DNA of 64,000 nt from Ramazzottius varieornatus (GCA_001949185.1 BDGG01000020.1:1-64000); one strand, 5' to 3'. Shown: positions 47,951-60,373, counted from the first letter of the stretch. Program-made: numbers and translations. The notes: generated by a model not told the origin, from the letters alone.

Positions 47951-48021
47951 AAGAACCTTCCATCCATCCACAAACTGACACTTGACCGTGTCTTTTGCTT
48001 GTGAACTTCATATTCGTTCTT
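47951..48021 (-). promoter_or_regulatory. Type II SECIS element in SPS2 3' UTR
   Basis: AAGAAC gaat AUGAA GUUCACAAGC AAAA GACAC ggucaa GUGUC a GUUUGUGGAU GGAU ggaag GUUCUU: helix I, AUGA/GA core, 10-bp helix II, AAA loop, 5-bp ministem; ~120 nt after the stop. Confidence 0.93.
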
Positions 48022-48141
48022 TCGAACCACTGATCTGCTGAGCCTTTTTCTCCTCATCACAGCCAATCAAATCAATCCAAACAATACCGAAGGAACATAA
48101 AATAAAAAAAACACAAACAGAATCGCAGAATTTTCGGAAAG

Positions 48142-50585
48142 CTACCATAATTTACCAACAGAATTTGTCTCAGGTACCTCGATCACTCTGATACCTTCGA
48201 CGAACTTCACCGTTCGATCACCGGCTTCCACGTGACCGATAATCCATGCAGGAATGCCTTCAAGTTGTTCGAGCTCTTGGATGTAAGCTTCGGCCTTGTT
48301 TTTCGGAAGGCTGATCAACAGTCCACCTAAAATGGAGATGTAGTGTTTTCTGTTACGTTATATGGTAAGACATGAAAACCAGCGTTGACAGGATTGGTGT
48401 ATGATACCATGGTAATATGACTAGTATTTCACATGACATAACATAGTATGACACGACAAAGCATAGCTGAAACAGGATTGGTATGTGATGTCATAAACTG
48501 GTACCGTACCGGAAGTTTCGGGCGAATGTCCTTGGAGGAGCTTGAAGTGGGGGAAAATCTGACCGACCGCTGCCATCTTAGCGATGATGGGGAGACTGTC
48601 AATAACGAAGCTGACCGGGTTGTGCTGGTTCTTGACCAAGTTGTCCGCGTGTCCGAAGAGACCGAAACCTGTCACGTCCGTCGCGGCGTGGGCATCGTAC
48701 TTATGCATCAATTTCGCCGCTAAAAGTGAAAAAGCCCAACACTACTCGAACGTCATTCAGCAAGATAAGTACAGGATCCAGAAGCACTGAGGTTGGTGAT
48801 ACAAGAGATAGGCCTTACGCGTTAGGTTTAGTCGAGACATGGAAGCCATAGCTCGACGGTACGCCAAGTCGATGTCTTCATCCGATGCGACCGTGCGGAC
48901 TTTATCAGCCTTTTCTTGGTTGGTCGCGAACCACTGCTGGACACTTCCGACCACCTGGGTCCCTAGAGGTTTGGTCAGGACCAGAACATCTCCGACTTGG
49001 GCGTTCACTGGCCTGGAAACACAAGAGAAATGTTCACAAAATAATTCAGTCATATCCCGGAAAACCATAAGAATTTCCGATATCTTATCATATTAAAAAC
49101 GGATCGAGAACTTCAGAGTCATTGTTAGGACTCGCAATGAAGTCAAAGGGAGCCTCAGAGATGATGCAACTGAAACTCACATGATAACATCTTCGGCGCG
49201 GACCACGGCGGTGGCGGTTCCACCCACAGTAACCCATGGATTGACGACTGTTTGCCCACCGTTGACGCTTGTACCTGCTTCAGCTGCACAGTCCTGTAAA
49301 GACAGACAACAGTGATAAGACACGAGAAATCTAGCGCAGTAAAATCAAGCAGAAGGCACGATAGTACAGACCGGTCGATCGAAATCTGGTACCTATTCCT
49401 CCGATTTTGTTTTGAAGTCTGCTATACATTCGCCATACAGCGACAAACCAAGGCCGAAATTACGTTACACATAAATTACACCGTAGCTTTACTGGTATGA
49501 TCAAGTAATCAACCCGCATGTGGACCGGCTGTGTTGGTATGGCTCGCAGTATCGTTAATTTTGCATGATTTCTTTATTTTGAAATCGCAAAATCAGGTAC
49601 CAGATTTCGAGCGACCGGACTGTACTCACTCGGAAACCTTGGATAAGCATGGGCATAACAACGTCGCGTTCTTTAGGCGTAAATTTCTGACTGCTGGCCA
49701 GGATCATAAGCATATTATCACAGTGGGTGACGCCCATGGCGTAGATATCACTTAGGACGTTCGCACAAGCGATTCTTCCCTATGAACAAGAAACAGAAAA
49801 GTATAAGTGTATCGATATTTCAGCGCCTTCGTCTCGCGCAATTAATTTACCATGATGTATGGGTCGTCGACCAGTGGATAGAAGAAGTCGGTAGTTTGTA
49901 CGAGGTACAGACCAGGACACCGAAGTGGAATGAGACATGAATCCAACCCGATACCTGGAAGGAAGAATAAAGTCAGGCTTGGTAATATATAAGAAACGTA
50001 TGCAGGTGCAATTCGCATGCTCGCGCACCAAATTACCTACGCAGAAAAAAATACCGGACATGCATACGCACACACGACAATCGCAACTGACTCATACAGT
50101 AGTCGCCTGTGCATGTGCATGTCGCGCCAACAGACAACAGAGGACTGACTCGATCGAATGGCGCAGGACACACATTCTGGAACTTATCTGCATTACCAAG
50201 TCTTACCGATCGGAGCAAGGGCTGATTCCTTTCCATTCTCGACCCCGGAATGGACTGTATTAGGAAGGTTAGAGGAACTATTGTCAGGTAAAAATGATTT
50301 GGGATAAGAAGGAATATTTTGTTGATGAGGAGAAGACTTGTTGGCGAAAGGCTGCTGCTGTGCGCCGATGGAAGATGGCTGATGGGGTAGTCCCTCGAGA
50401 AGTTTCAGCAGTTGGTCTCGAGGAACTTTACATCCTCACCCTTTGAGTTCAGTGAAGCTGGTAAGACGGAATCCCGGATCCAGTCCGTGTTCTTCAGGCT
50501 TGAACGGTGGTCGATGAGACGAAACAGCTGATCGACTATCGGGCTGGTCGCCGCTGCCGGAATTGCTCGTGATGTGTCGGTCCAT
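48142..50585 (-). CDS. SEPHS2: Selenophosphate synthetase 2, selenoprotein (Sec at codon 50), multi-exon
   Basis: [14 protein letters not shown](50436-50438)-GCKVP; [75 protein letters not shown]; TAG 48142-48144. Confidence 0.96.
49367..49622. mobile_element. TA-flanked MITE adjacent to an SPS2 5' splice site
   Basis: 28-bp TIR CAGWCCGGTCGMTCGAAATCTGGTACCT, TA both sides. Confidence 0.85.
50389..50427 (-). promoter_or_regulatory. Sec redefinition element (stem-loop 3' of UGA)
   Basis: AGUUCCUCGAGA pairs with UCUCGAGGGACU (12 bp, one GU), 15-nt loop, starting 8 nt after the UGA. Confidence 0.8.
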
Positions 50586-51116
50586 TCTGGAAGCTTCACT
50601 CTGCGAGCCTTGGAATGAGAGTTTACACAGTGGGAAGCGAAGGGATTTGGATGATGGAGGACTACTGCAGCAACAACGCGACTTCGGGAGGAGAAGAACT
50701 TGGAGAACTGAATTATTAACTATTTTCGCATCCGCTGTATATGTTAGTAAGTAAGACTTGACATCACATTTTACATACTAAATCACATGGGGAAACCGGA
50801 ATCGTGAATAAACCGCGGAAGTCAAGTCCGATCGTTTTTGTTTTTTACTACAAGACTGTATTAGTATTCCAGGAAAACATCAGAACTAGGTTGTGAGTAA
50901 GAAATGGGAGAATTCTTGCTGACAGAAACTGAAACAGTAATGTACAGAAGGTAGTAAAAGAATACTGGAGACCAGTGCAAACGAGTCAAAGCCATCAATG
51001 CTTTCAGGCAAGAACGAACAGGACAAAACTAGTTTATAAGAACATCGTAATTGAAGAATCAGTTTATCTTTTATTGAAGGTTTTTGGCAAGAGATCAGCT
51101 GCCGGCTGACTGTTCT

Positions 51117-53380
51117 TTAGGCGTAAACGCGAACAAGGTCGTTCTCGCCGGGAGTTCGCTGGAACGTCTCCATCTCGACGACCCTCCCAACCAGCGCGGT
51201 AAGTTTCTTTGCCGAATCGACGAACTGGCGCTTGTCCTTACTGTTCTCCTTCCTGGTGCTCTCCGTGTTACCTACTGAGAAAAAAACACGATACATTAGC
51301 CGGTTCCAGGTGCCAGAAATGAGACGGACGTGGGTGAACATACTAAAACAGAAGGTTCTCTCAAGTGGCGCACGTTATCATTATTACTGGCTGAACGTGT
51401 GCGCCACTTGGTGAAACGAACTGGCATAACATACTGCCCATGCCCAACCAGAACCTGAATGGTGGAAGTCAACGGTGACACTGAAAGCCTGGAGTGGAGG
51501 CTCCGCCACGATGGTTCGCGGAAAGTCCAGGATCTTCGAGCACTCGACGGCCACGTCTACTCCCATGTCAATCAGGGACACACTGGCTCTGGTGGGAACT
51601 GTGTGATCATCCAGCTCCAGGTACTCCTTGACCTCGATTCGACCGATCTTCCCTTCGTGTTCCATCAAATACGTGTTTCCCAGCGTGATGGCTTTGGTCG
51701 GAAGGAGAGAAGCTTCGCCTTCCGTCCATGATTTCTCACAAGACTGCAGGATCGAGGCGTCGCCGTAGATGAGCCGGGCAGCTGGACTGGCGTGACTCCA
51801 TTCTCCTCGCGGCACAGGAAAGTAAGACACAACCAGGAAGGCCTCTGTGGGGAAGAATTGTCGGACTTGCACCAAGATGCGCTCACTCAAAGGCGGAGGA
51901 TATGGAAGGGCGAAAGTCAGGGGCACACAGGCTCGTTCATCCGGGTCGGAAGTGAAGGTGGTGGGAGGAACGTGGAGTTCCACCTCGGTGATATCTGGAT
52001 GTGCTTTCAGAAGAGCGTGTTCGAAGTTTAACCCGTCAAGGGTTGTCATGCCGACCACCAGTAACGTACGAGCGCGACCATAGACGTAGTGGCGTCGATA
52101 TGCAAAGATGTCGAAGTCGCAGACGAACTCGAACCTGCTTTTCGGAGTGGCGACGGCTAAAAACTGCTCGACCACTGCGCCGTGACCGTCGAGGACGAAA
52201 TACTTCTGAGGTAGGTTCCATCGTGCCAGATTGCAGCTGTACAGTTCACAAGGTATCTCGTAGCCAATCTTTCCTTCTGGATCAGCTTCTTTGAAGTCCG
52301 TGTCGGCCACAGGCTCGACTGTGCCGTAGTCTTCAAAGAAACTGTGGCGCTTGTCGTTGCGCAAGCCCAGATAGGTAGCTCGATACCACTTTCCGTCCTT
52401 CCAGTATCTAGAAAAAGAATCAGTTATTTTCTGACACTTTAGACACCTGCAGAATGCAATGACGTGCCTAGGAGACCAGCGAAAAACACATCGGCATTTG
52501 GCCATTTGCAACTTGCGGTACGATGACGTCCCAACTCGCAACGTAACTCGTAGCGAGCCCTAAGGGCTAGTTCTCAACCGGAATTTTCCTCCAAAATAAC
52601 AGTCGGATTCGTTCATAGCGCCTGCCATGTAGTCATACACTGCACAGGCACTCGAAAGTTACTGTCTGATCAGTCAATCAGCCGCGCAAGTCCGCGAGTG
52701 TCTTTTTTCGGTACGGGCTGAACTGCCGCTGAAGCCTGAAGGGAATCGCAGAGCTGATGAAATTTTTTCTTGTTTCGGTGGGAAGACTTGGAGGTCTGGA
52801 CTTTCAATTTTGAACTAAGTCACACCTGAGTTAGCGCTCATCCACCTGTTGTTTCCACCAGCCAGACTGAGCAGATACGATGGAGTTACGGGAAGGAAAC
52901 TTACTTGACAACACACGGATCGCCATGCTTCAATCGCGCCGGATCCAAGGATGGAAGTTTGGGGAACTCTACCTGCCACTGCTTGTTCCATTTGACGAAA
53001 TTGCTTGTCATGGTGGTCGGCCAGATATGAACGATGCCCTCCTTGTCAATGAAAGAGATCGTGGCGAAAACGGAGCATTCCATTGCAAACGGTTTCGGCG
53101 CGGGGAATGGTGTGCGCTCATATGGCGTCCGCTTGTCTACCGTAATCTTCTGGACTTCCCGAGGGACGACCATGGCGTTAGAGGTTGGTGCGACGCTAAG
53201 CTTCGTACCGAAGTTAACTTTCTTGGTAGTCTCCACTGGAACAGGCTGCGAGGAAGCGTTAGGCGGCGGAGGAGAATTGTTTGCCGATGAGGTTCTGTTC
53301 TGGCCATCCTTCTGCTCTCGGGCTGCGCGTTTCTCCGTTTCTCGCTTCCAGAACTGCGGTTGACGGTTTGGGTGGCTCAT
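51117..53380 (-). CDS. Tandem extended-Tudor domain protein
   Basis: LKHGDPCVVK|YWKDGKWYRATY...FFEDYGTVE; second repeat LGNTYL...IGRIEV...VSLIDMG...PPLQA; basic low-complexity N-terminus. Confidence 0.8.
51333..51440. repeat. Intronic palindromic element copy (reverse orientation)
   Basis: 51365-51372 / 51400-51407, 27-nt spacer. Confidence 0.85.
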
Positions 53381-54733
53381 GGTCCAACTCTGCTACGCAT
53401 AGAACAATGGTTAGACAATGGAAGTTTCAGAGAGAGAGAGAGAGCGGAAGGGTCGAAGGAAGATGAATAATGACGAGACAGTAAAGTTGAAATTCAGCCA
53501 AGGGAATCAAGTATAAGGTACGGAAGTATGACTTCTCCCCTTGTCCTCTGCGGAAGTTAAAATGTTTTTTTGACGCCATATCTTAAACTTTTTGATCAAC
53601 TTCTACACCCATACCAGCAAGCCAAGCCCGAGATTTGTTTGGAAGACATTTCGTTCCATTGCTGCAAAGCCTGGGGGAAGAAGAACAAATTCTGTAACGG
53701 CACTTTTCGAACTCACTTCCGGGATCATTTTTCTATCTCGCTGGAGAAGGTCCTGGTTCTCAAGGGGAGATTATCGCGTATTCTGGCCCTTCCAGGAAAC
53801 AGTCAGATACGGAAGGGGGGGAACGTTTTCCGTGTAAGGACCGTTCCGTATGTTAGAGTGATGGTCATACTACAATTTACTGATGCGCGCAACGCACAAA
53901 GACGCTGAAGTGCGCTGCTGTAAACCCTCAAACAGGATTTCGGTTTGCAGCGTTCTACCTTGACTCGTGCGTCTGGTCAAGAGCCAACCAGCACTAAAGT
54001 CATAGTCTACGAAGGTGTTCCACGGGCTGTTACATCCCGGTAGGCCATTACATCCCGGTAGGCCATATCCGGTAAAATTCCTGGCTAATGCTGTTTGCCC
54101 ACCCTTTGAAATAGCTAGTGTCTGTTTTGCCCTCCCCCTTTATTAATCTTTGTTTCTCGCGAATCGACCGTTTGAATGCCAATGTTTGGAACTTGGGCGT
54201 TGCGTGCAGTACGTGCGTGCGGTACGTGTAGTGAAATGAGAAACAGGGCGCGTCGGTCCTGGCGTCCACGACGGTAGACCTGACGTAAAGACGGACATTC
54301 TCATGAAAGGCCCGCATCCCAGCCGTTTGAACGTTCTTAACTCGGTTGCCCACCAGCTAGCCATCAACAGCAACAGCAGACATCCCTGTTCCACAGAAAA
54401 CAGGTAACGTGGTCCGAGAAGCACGGTAGACGGGCTAAAGGTCGTCCCAGCGGACGCGCTGGTGGCGGAATCTATCGTGGAGCACGCGGCGGTAGCACAT
54501 ACAAAGAACAAGGTGGACACTGGGAACATGGTAGCGGTTAGAGCTGTTGATGGTTTGAACCGTTTGGTTTGGTTTAAGTGGTGGTTTGCATGCCAAACCG
54601 GTTGAATGAAAATGGTTTTTCTCGCAAACCACCAAAAGTGGTCTGGTCTAAACTCCACACCAGACTATTTAGACCAAACCACATAAAACACCGGTTTGAA
54701 CCGGTTTGCGAGCAGCTTTTTAATCACCAGTAC

Positions 54734-55495
54734 TAGACCTGAGAAAGGTGTGATTAAGTGTGGTGCGGTGTTTTTCGGTTCGGTGCTTCTCCACACCGAA
54801 ACTGGTTTTTCGGTGCGAAAGCCACACCACTTTTTCCGGTATGGTGTGGATCAGACACCACTCTTCCGGTGAGTGTGGTGCGGTGTTTTTCGGTTCGGTG
54901 CTTCTCCACACCGAAACTGGTTTTTCGGTGCGAAAGCCACACCACTTTTTCCGGTATGGTGTGGATCAGACACCACTCTTCCGGCACCACACCAAACCAA
55001 ATCGAAAAACCGAAAGAAGTTTCAAAGAGCGAATTCACAATTTATTAATCCGTCATCGACAAATCGAACTGCGCTGTAGGAAACTCAAAAAAATACCGAG
55101 ATTTCAAACACATCGAAACTTGCACGGTCGTACTATCTAGTGAACTTCTAGGCTTGGTAACGACCTTGCCTAAGATGTAATACAGACGAATTTGGAAGAA
55201 AACATTTCACACAGGTAAATTTTCACAGCTTAAACAATCAACAGTTAGTCGTATCACCACGGGGCGAAACAGCGAGTTTGCGATACTCATCTAGCCCAAG
55301 CTAGCTGACTAGCTCATTAAATCTGGTGCACCAAAAGTTTTTCGGTTTGGTGTGATGTGGTGTTCCTAGACACCGAAACGGCAAATTCGGTGTGACTCGG
55401 ACACCAATTTTTCGATTTGGTGTTTCAAGCACACCGAAACCAAAGAGTGGTTTTTTTCGGTGTGGTGTGGTGCAACCACACCATCCTCAGGTCTA
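54734..55495. mobile_element. hAT-type MITE nested in the above
   Basis: TIR TAGACCTGAG / CTCAGGTCTA; perfect 8-bp TSD ACCAGTAC; CGGTG/CACCG subterminal repeats; internal 115-bp tandem duplication. Confidence 0.9.
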
Positions 55496-55512
55496 ACCAG
55501 TACATAGTAAAT

Positions 55513-56242
55513 CAGAGTATAAAACCGCGTGGGATTTTGCTTGCGGAACCATACTGCGGGCTCGCAGAAACTTGCCGCACGTAAGGAATGCGGTTATTTC
55601 CGTGATTTTTTCTTGCGGTACGATGCTGCAAACGCTGTTCCATATGCTGCACGGACGGCATACGGCAACGAAAATTTTTATACAGTCCTACCTGCGAGAT
55701 GTGACAATTGCTTCTCCGTGCACGCATGAACCGTCCGGAACTGATTTCGGGCGTTTGAACTGTGCCATCTCACAGGTAGGACTGTAAACGCAATTTTTTC
55801 TCTGAATTGAGATATCTTAGGAAACAGCAAACCATCAAGTTTTCTCGACCGAGAAAGGTGATCGCCACAAAATATCGTTGAAAATTTCACCACAGTCATT
55901 AAAACAGCGTTTGTGAAGGAGTGCTTGAAGCCTAGGATGCCAAAAATCAAAAGAGAATTCCGTCGCTGGCTCACAGCACACGAAAACACACGTTACATGA
56001 CCGACCTCAGCTTATTCGGTGAATTCCGAGAGAGAAACACCCGACGAAACAATCAGTCACAAACTTCATGCTGCCAGCTACGGCGCCTGCGCCACTGGGG
56101 GATGCGGCGCGGACGGACACTGTCGCAGAATTTTACGGCGCGTACTGAATGCCATTTTTCTCCCAATTTTCCTTGCAGTTGCGTACGGCCGTGCCGCACT
56201 GCTGCCGTATGGTTCCGCAACGCAACGCGGTTTTATACTCTA
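55513..56242. mobile_element. hAT-type MITE nested in the above
   Basis: TIR YAGAGTATAAAACCGCGT; degenerate TSD TAGTAAAT/TACTAAAT. Confidence 0.8.
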
Positions 56243-56843
56243 CTAAATTCTGACACAGTTTTCTTCAATTGACTAATCAACGAAAATAACCACCGAGGAC
56301 ATGAGAAGTTGAGCGACCGTTGCTGGTTTCTCTACAAACAGACGCAAGCAGGCAAAACTCACGCGTGCTGGAATTGAAAAAGCACCATGGCAAGCCATCC
56401 GGTAGTGCAATCATTTTGCCATCAGAAGTGTTGTCCAACACTGCCGGAACTGCGATTTTCACCTGACGGAAGGCGTATTTCTGATGTCGCGCAGCTTATG
56501 ACACAGTGCTGACTCAGTTAAAGCTGTGCATCACGTGGCACTCAGAACGATGTGGCTGCGCACGGTGGCAGTGGGGAGGAAAAGATTGGCACTTTCAGAC
56601 GGCCAATTTCGGCCCGACTTCTAGCACAAAATCTGCAGATTTCGTACGAAATTTCCCTTTACCGCAAACCATGTTAAACCAAATAAACCAGTGGTTCATA
56701 TGGTTTGACGTGAGATCGAAACCGGTTTGAGTGGTTTGGTTTGAGATGCCATATGGTTTGAGGTGGTTCGGTTTGGATGTCAAACCACGAACCATATAAA
56801 CCGCTTTCTAAGTGGTCCGGTCTGGTTTTCAACAGCTCTAGTA

Positions 56844-57255
56844 TAGAGCCCTGCAGCAGCACGCAACATCCGTTCTGCAACTGCTCTGCATCCATGAACG
56901 TCTAGCTGCATTTTACTGCATCGATACTGCATAAATTATTATCGATAATTATTTATTCTTCTGCGAGATAGTTCCACCGAATAATCATCAGATCACTCAG
57001 AGTTTCAGGCAGCATACTAGTTCGCTTACTGTTGAGAGCATCACCGGTATGGCTAAAAAGTCGTTCAGAAGGGGTACTAGAAGCAGAGCCCTGCAGCAGT
57101 AGCGAAAACCTGTGCTGCATCTGCACTGCATCCGGTTTCCCGAAACTGCAACTGCACTGCATCTGCATTTTTTCATCGTTTCGGCGACTGCAACTGCACT
57201 GCAATGCAGTAAAATGTAGTGCAGTGCAGAACGTACGGCATGTTGCAGGGCTCTA
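56844..57255 (-). mobile_element. hAT element remnant with transposase dimerisation-domain fragment
   Basis: TIR TAGAGCCCTGCA; perfect 8-bp TSD CTCTAGTA; encodes ASSTPSERLFSHTGDALNSKRTSMLPETLSDLMIIRWN. Confidence 0.9.
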
Positions 57256-57762
57256 CTCTAGTAGCGGTAGTGGCGGTAAACAAGGACGATTTCAGGGTGG
57301 GTAGAGTAAGGCCGCGGTTGCTCTGGACCCTTACTCTGGACAAGATGGGTACAACATTAGCGCAGGAAGATATCCCCCCGATGGAACTCGTGAATGCAGC
57401 CAAGACCATGGACCTGCAAGGCGTTCCCATAAAACTTTGGGAACGTGGATAAAGATTCAATGTCGCACCGGCGAACACGATCATCCACCAAAGGTAAAAC
57501 TTGTAATGAGTGGGGGTGGGGCAAAATACACGGTAGCTATTCGGACCGAAAGAGGGGGGGGGGGGCAAAATAGCCGCAAATTCCTCTTCACAAACATTCC
57601 TGAGGGCGATTTTTGCCTCCACCAGGCCGTAGGTGTTTCTTTTCAGGAGCTGGTCTCTGGTCCCGAAGGAAGGTAGTTTCATGACCGTCGGCATCTGTAC
57701 CAGATCTTCTTTCGATGGAGTAGATGGATCCGTAATAGCTTAAGTAACGGTTGATTCAACTA

Positions 57763-57907
57763 CTGTAAGTATTCGCTGCATCCGCGCAGTACGTCATCGT
57801 GCAAGCGAAGTACTGCCCCAGTTCGGTATCACGGATTGCACAACCCCCTTCGGGAGTGCATCGTCACGTATGTGTACGTACTGGGCGGATGTAGCGAATA
57901 TTTGCAG
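57763..57907. mobile_element. MITE, same family as 14190-14332 (opposite orientation)
   Basis: TA-CTGTAA...TTGCAG-TA; internal sequence colinear with the 14190 copy. Confidence 0.88.
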
Positions 57908-58932
57908 TACAGTATATCACTAGACGGTTTTGAATTTGCGGTTATCGACCCTTTCTGGAAGAATAATGTCGGCTTTAAAAGCTGACAATCTGTTAGTGCC
58001 GAGATCTTACATAACAAGCGTGAACGCGAAGCTCCAGGTTATCTTCCTGCAGTTTTGCGGCAGTGTTTTGTGCAGTGTACAGTGTACACTCTGGAGTAGC
58101 TTAGCACCAGGAGTGGGCCCAGTCCGTGAATTAATTTCGTCTGTTGAACGGGAAGGTTTTCGATGAAACACAATTCCTGCTCCAGAGAGGTCCACACTAC
58201 CGTTATCGCTTTGCTGGGCGAGAGAGATTATAAAGATTAAGTTGCCACTCCCGTTCACTTTGCAACTGTAGTTACGGCCTTGCTCCGCCCCTTTCCTGAC
58301 GTGTAACTAAATTTTGCTTTCCGGAGCTCCCCTAATTTTCGAAAAATAGCGTAATCGGAGTTACGGTTGGCTAGCATTGGGAAGCATGGTGGCTGCACAA
58401 CTATTCAAAGTTCTGATCAGCTGCTGCGCTTATGAGTGACGTTGCAACTCATCTTAGCTACAGTGGGACCTTCATCTACCGATGGCACCTTAATATCTGT
58501 GTTTATAGCGGTCAGGAGTATAGGGTGGATATCAAAACATTAACATTATCATTTGGTGTCGCTCAGGGTTCGAACGTTTCTTTGGTGGCTAGCCTCTGTC
58601 AAAACACACCATTTCTCGCTTAGTAATTTTCTATGGAGTGCCCGTGTTGTCACCGGCAGCAATTCGTATTAGTATCGGTTCGTTGTTTACTATTCAGAGA
58701 GGGAAAAAGACATTTTGGAGGTGCGCGAAGTATGTGGGGTATGCACTTCTGTTTTTTCGCCTTCCCCGTTCCGTTTAAATTGACACCGAGACTTTAGGAA
58801 GGAACATCTCATCATGCGTGCAGAAAGTACACAATACTGTAATGCTTCATGAACTTGACGAAGTGAGTTATCATACGCGCGAAACATCCCTTAGGGGATT
58901 GGTAAGGCAAAATTTCCGGACCGGGGTTCAAC

Positions 58933-58982
58933 NNNNNNNNNNNNNNNNNNNNNNNNNNNNNNNNNNNNNNNNNNNNNNNNNN
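58933..58982. other. Assembly gap (50 N)
   Basis: Run of N. Confidence 1.
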
Positions 58983-60235
58983 AATGTCGGAGTACATTGT
59001 CATTCACTTTTATTTTCAGTCTTCCGTAAGGGTAACTTTTGAATGGAAAAATCTCCAGAACGAAACCGATCGATCAAATCACACGCAGTATATGTGAGTG
59101 GATGCCAATAGAAAATGGATACTTAGCAAATCGTGAGGGCCGAAGATGTGACGTGAGCATGGTAGAATACGATTAAACACTGAGTCTGCCTGAGTTGTGC
59201 GTGACGTAGTTCGTCTCGATTTCACGTGGCTGTACTGTGTCTTAGTGATGAGTGAAGGCGTGCTGCGTTTTTCTCTGGGATTCTCTCTTCGTTCCTTCTC
59301 ATTCTTCGACGAACAAATTCAGATGCACAGGAAGACTCCCGAATGGAAAATAGTCCACTCATGTTCTAGGAGTTTCATCGTCAAAAACGAATATGATTTT
59401 GTCGGCGCTGTGAGATGCGTTCTTGCTTCAACTTTTCGATATGTGTGCCGTATCGATATTTCGGTATGACACACTGTCAAGGAAGTGTCGAGCAAGGGAT
59501 AGGAGTTGGTGAACTGACACAAACAAACAATTTAGAACAAAAAGACGAGGGGGAGCAAAACTATGAAGTATGAATTTTCGAAGTCCAGGTGTTTCAAGGG
59601 GGACAAGTTATGCTTCCGTACCTAACAGATCAATCAAGCGAAACTATGATGCACATGGTACGCAACAGGTGGCGTCCGCTGCTGCGAACCCACGAACACG
59701 ATTTTGGTTTTTCGTTGCTCTACCTCGACTCGTGCGTTTAGTCAGGAGCCACCCAGCATAAAAGTTATAGATAACAACCTTGCCGAAAAAGTGATAGTTT
59801 TTTCAAGTGGCGACCTGACTCTTTAATGGAGCAGTTTTAGAAATGACAGGACAAAATGACCTTGGAAGGCTGTCTCTCGATAACCGTAATCAGTTTCGGT
59901 TTCCAAAACTAACACTTTGTGAACATCTCTTTTGATTCGGAAAAAATTTTGAATGAATGTTTTCCTCATTTGACTATTTTTAACCAAATTTCGACTGTGG
60001 TCGGGTCGAATGTTCACCGTGACGCTTCAAAGTTTGCTTACTTTTCATGACGGACAGAGAGAGGATTGACCAGTGACCTTCCACACTATGCCTGCGGAAG
60101 ATCTTCACGCTGCATCGGTTCAGCCTTGGTAATTGGGCCAGTCTCGACTGCTCCATCTGCGCACCTGAACCGCCTTTCTTTTGAGCGTGCTCCTTACGTC
60201 AAACAATTAGCTGCTCTCGTGGCATTACAAAGGCA

Positions 60236-60373
60236 ACCAATCGACGGTCAGCTGTCAATCAGTCGAGCATGAATGTGCAGTATCACACGGTTAGCCCAGC
60301 GTGTCATTCATTACCTGATTATGTACTCATGGCGCAAATCTGTTTGACTGATTGACAGCTGACTGTTGATTGG
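60236..60373. repeat. Inverted repeat / MITE-like
   Basis: CCAATCGACGGTCAGCTGTCAATCAGTC vs GACTGATTGACAGCTGACTGTTGATTGG. Confidence 0.7.

Larger units (their letters stand above)
54539..56840. mobile_element. hAT-type non-autonomous element (outer member of nest)
   Basis: TIR TAGAGCTGTTGA / TCAACAGCTCTA; 8-bp TSD GTAGCGGT at 54531-54538 and 57261-57268 (displaced by later insertion). Confidence 0.88.

Noticed and set aside
30506-50585. SerRS and SPS2 as a selenocysteine pathway cluster
   Set aside because: About 15 kb and four unrelated genes apart on opposite strands; no tRNA-Sec or other Sec factor seen; SerRS is general housekeeping
54758-54984. Exact 115-bp tandem duplication giving repeated ORFs
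   Set aside because: Inside a MITE, identical and read-length sized; likely an assembly artefact or trivial slippage, and the ORFs are spurious
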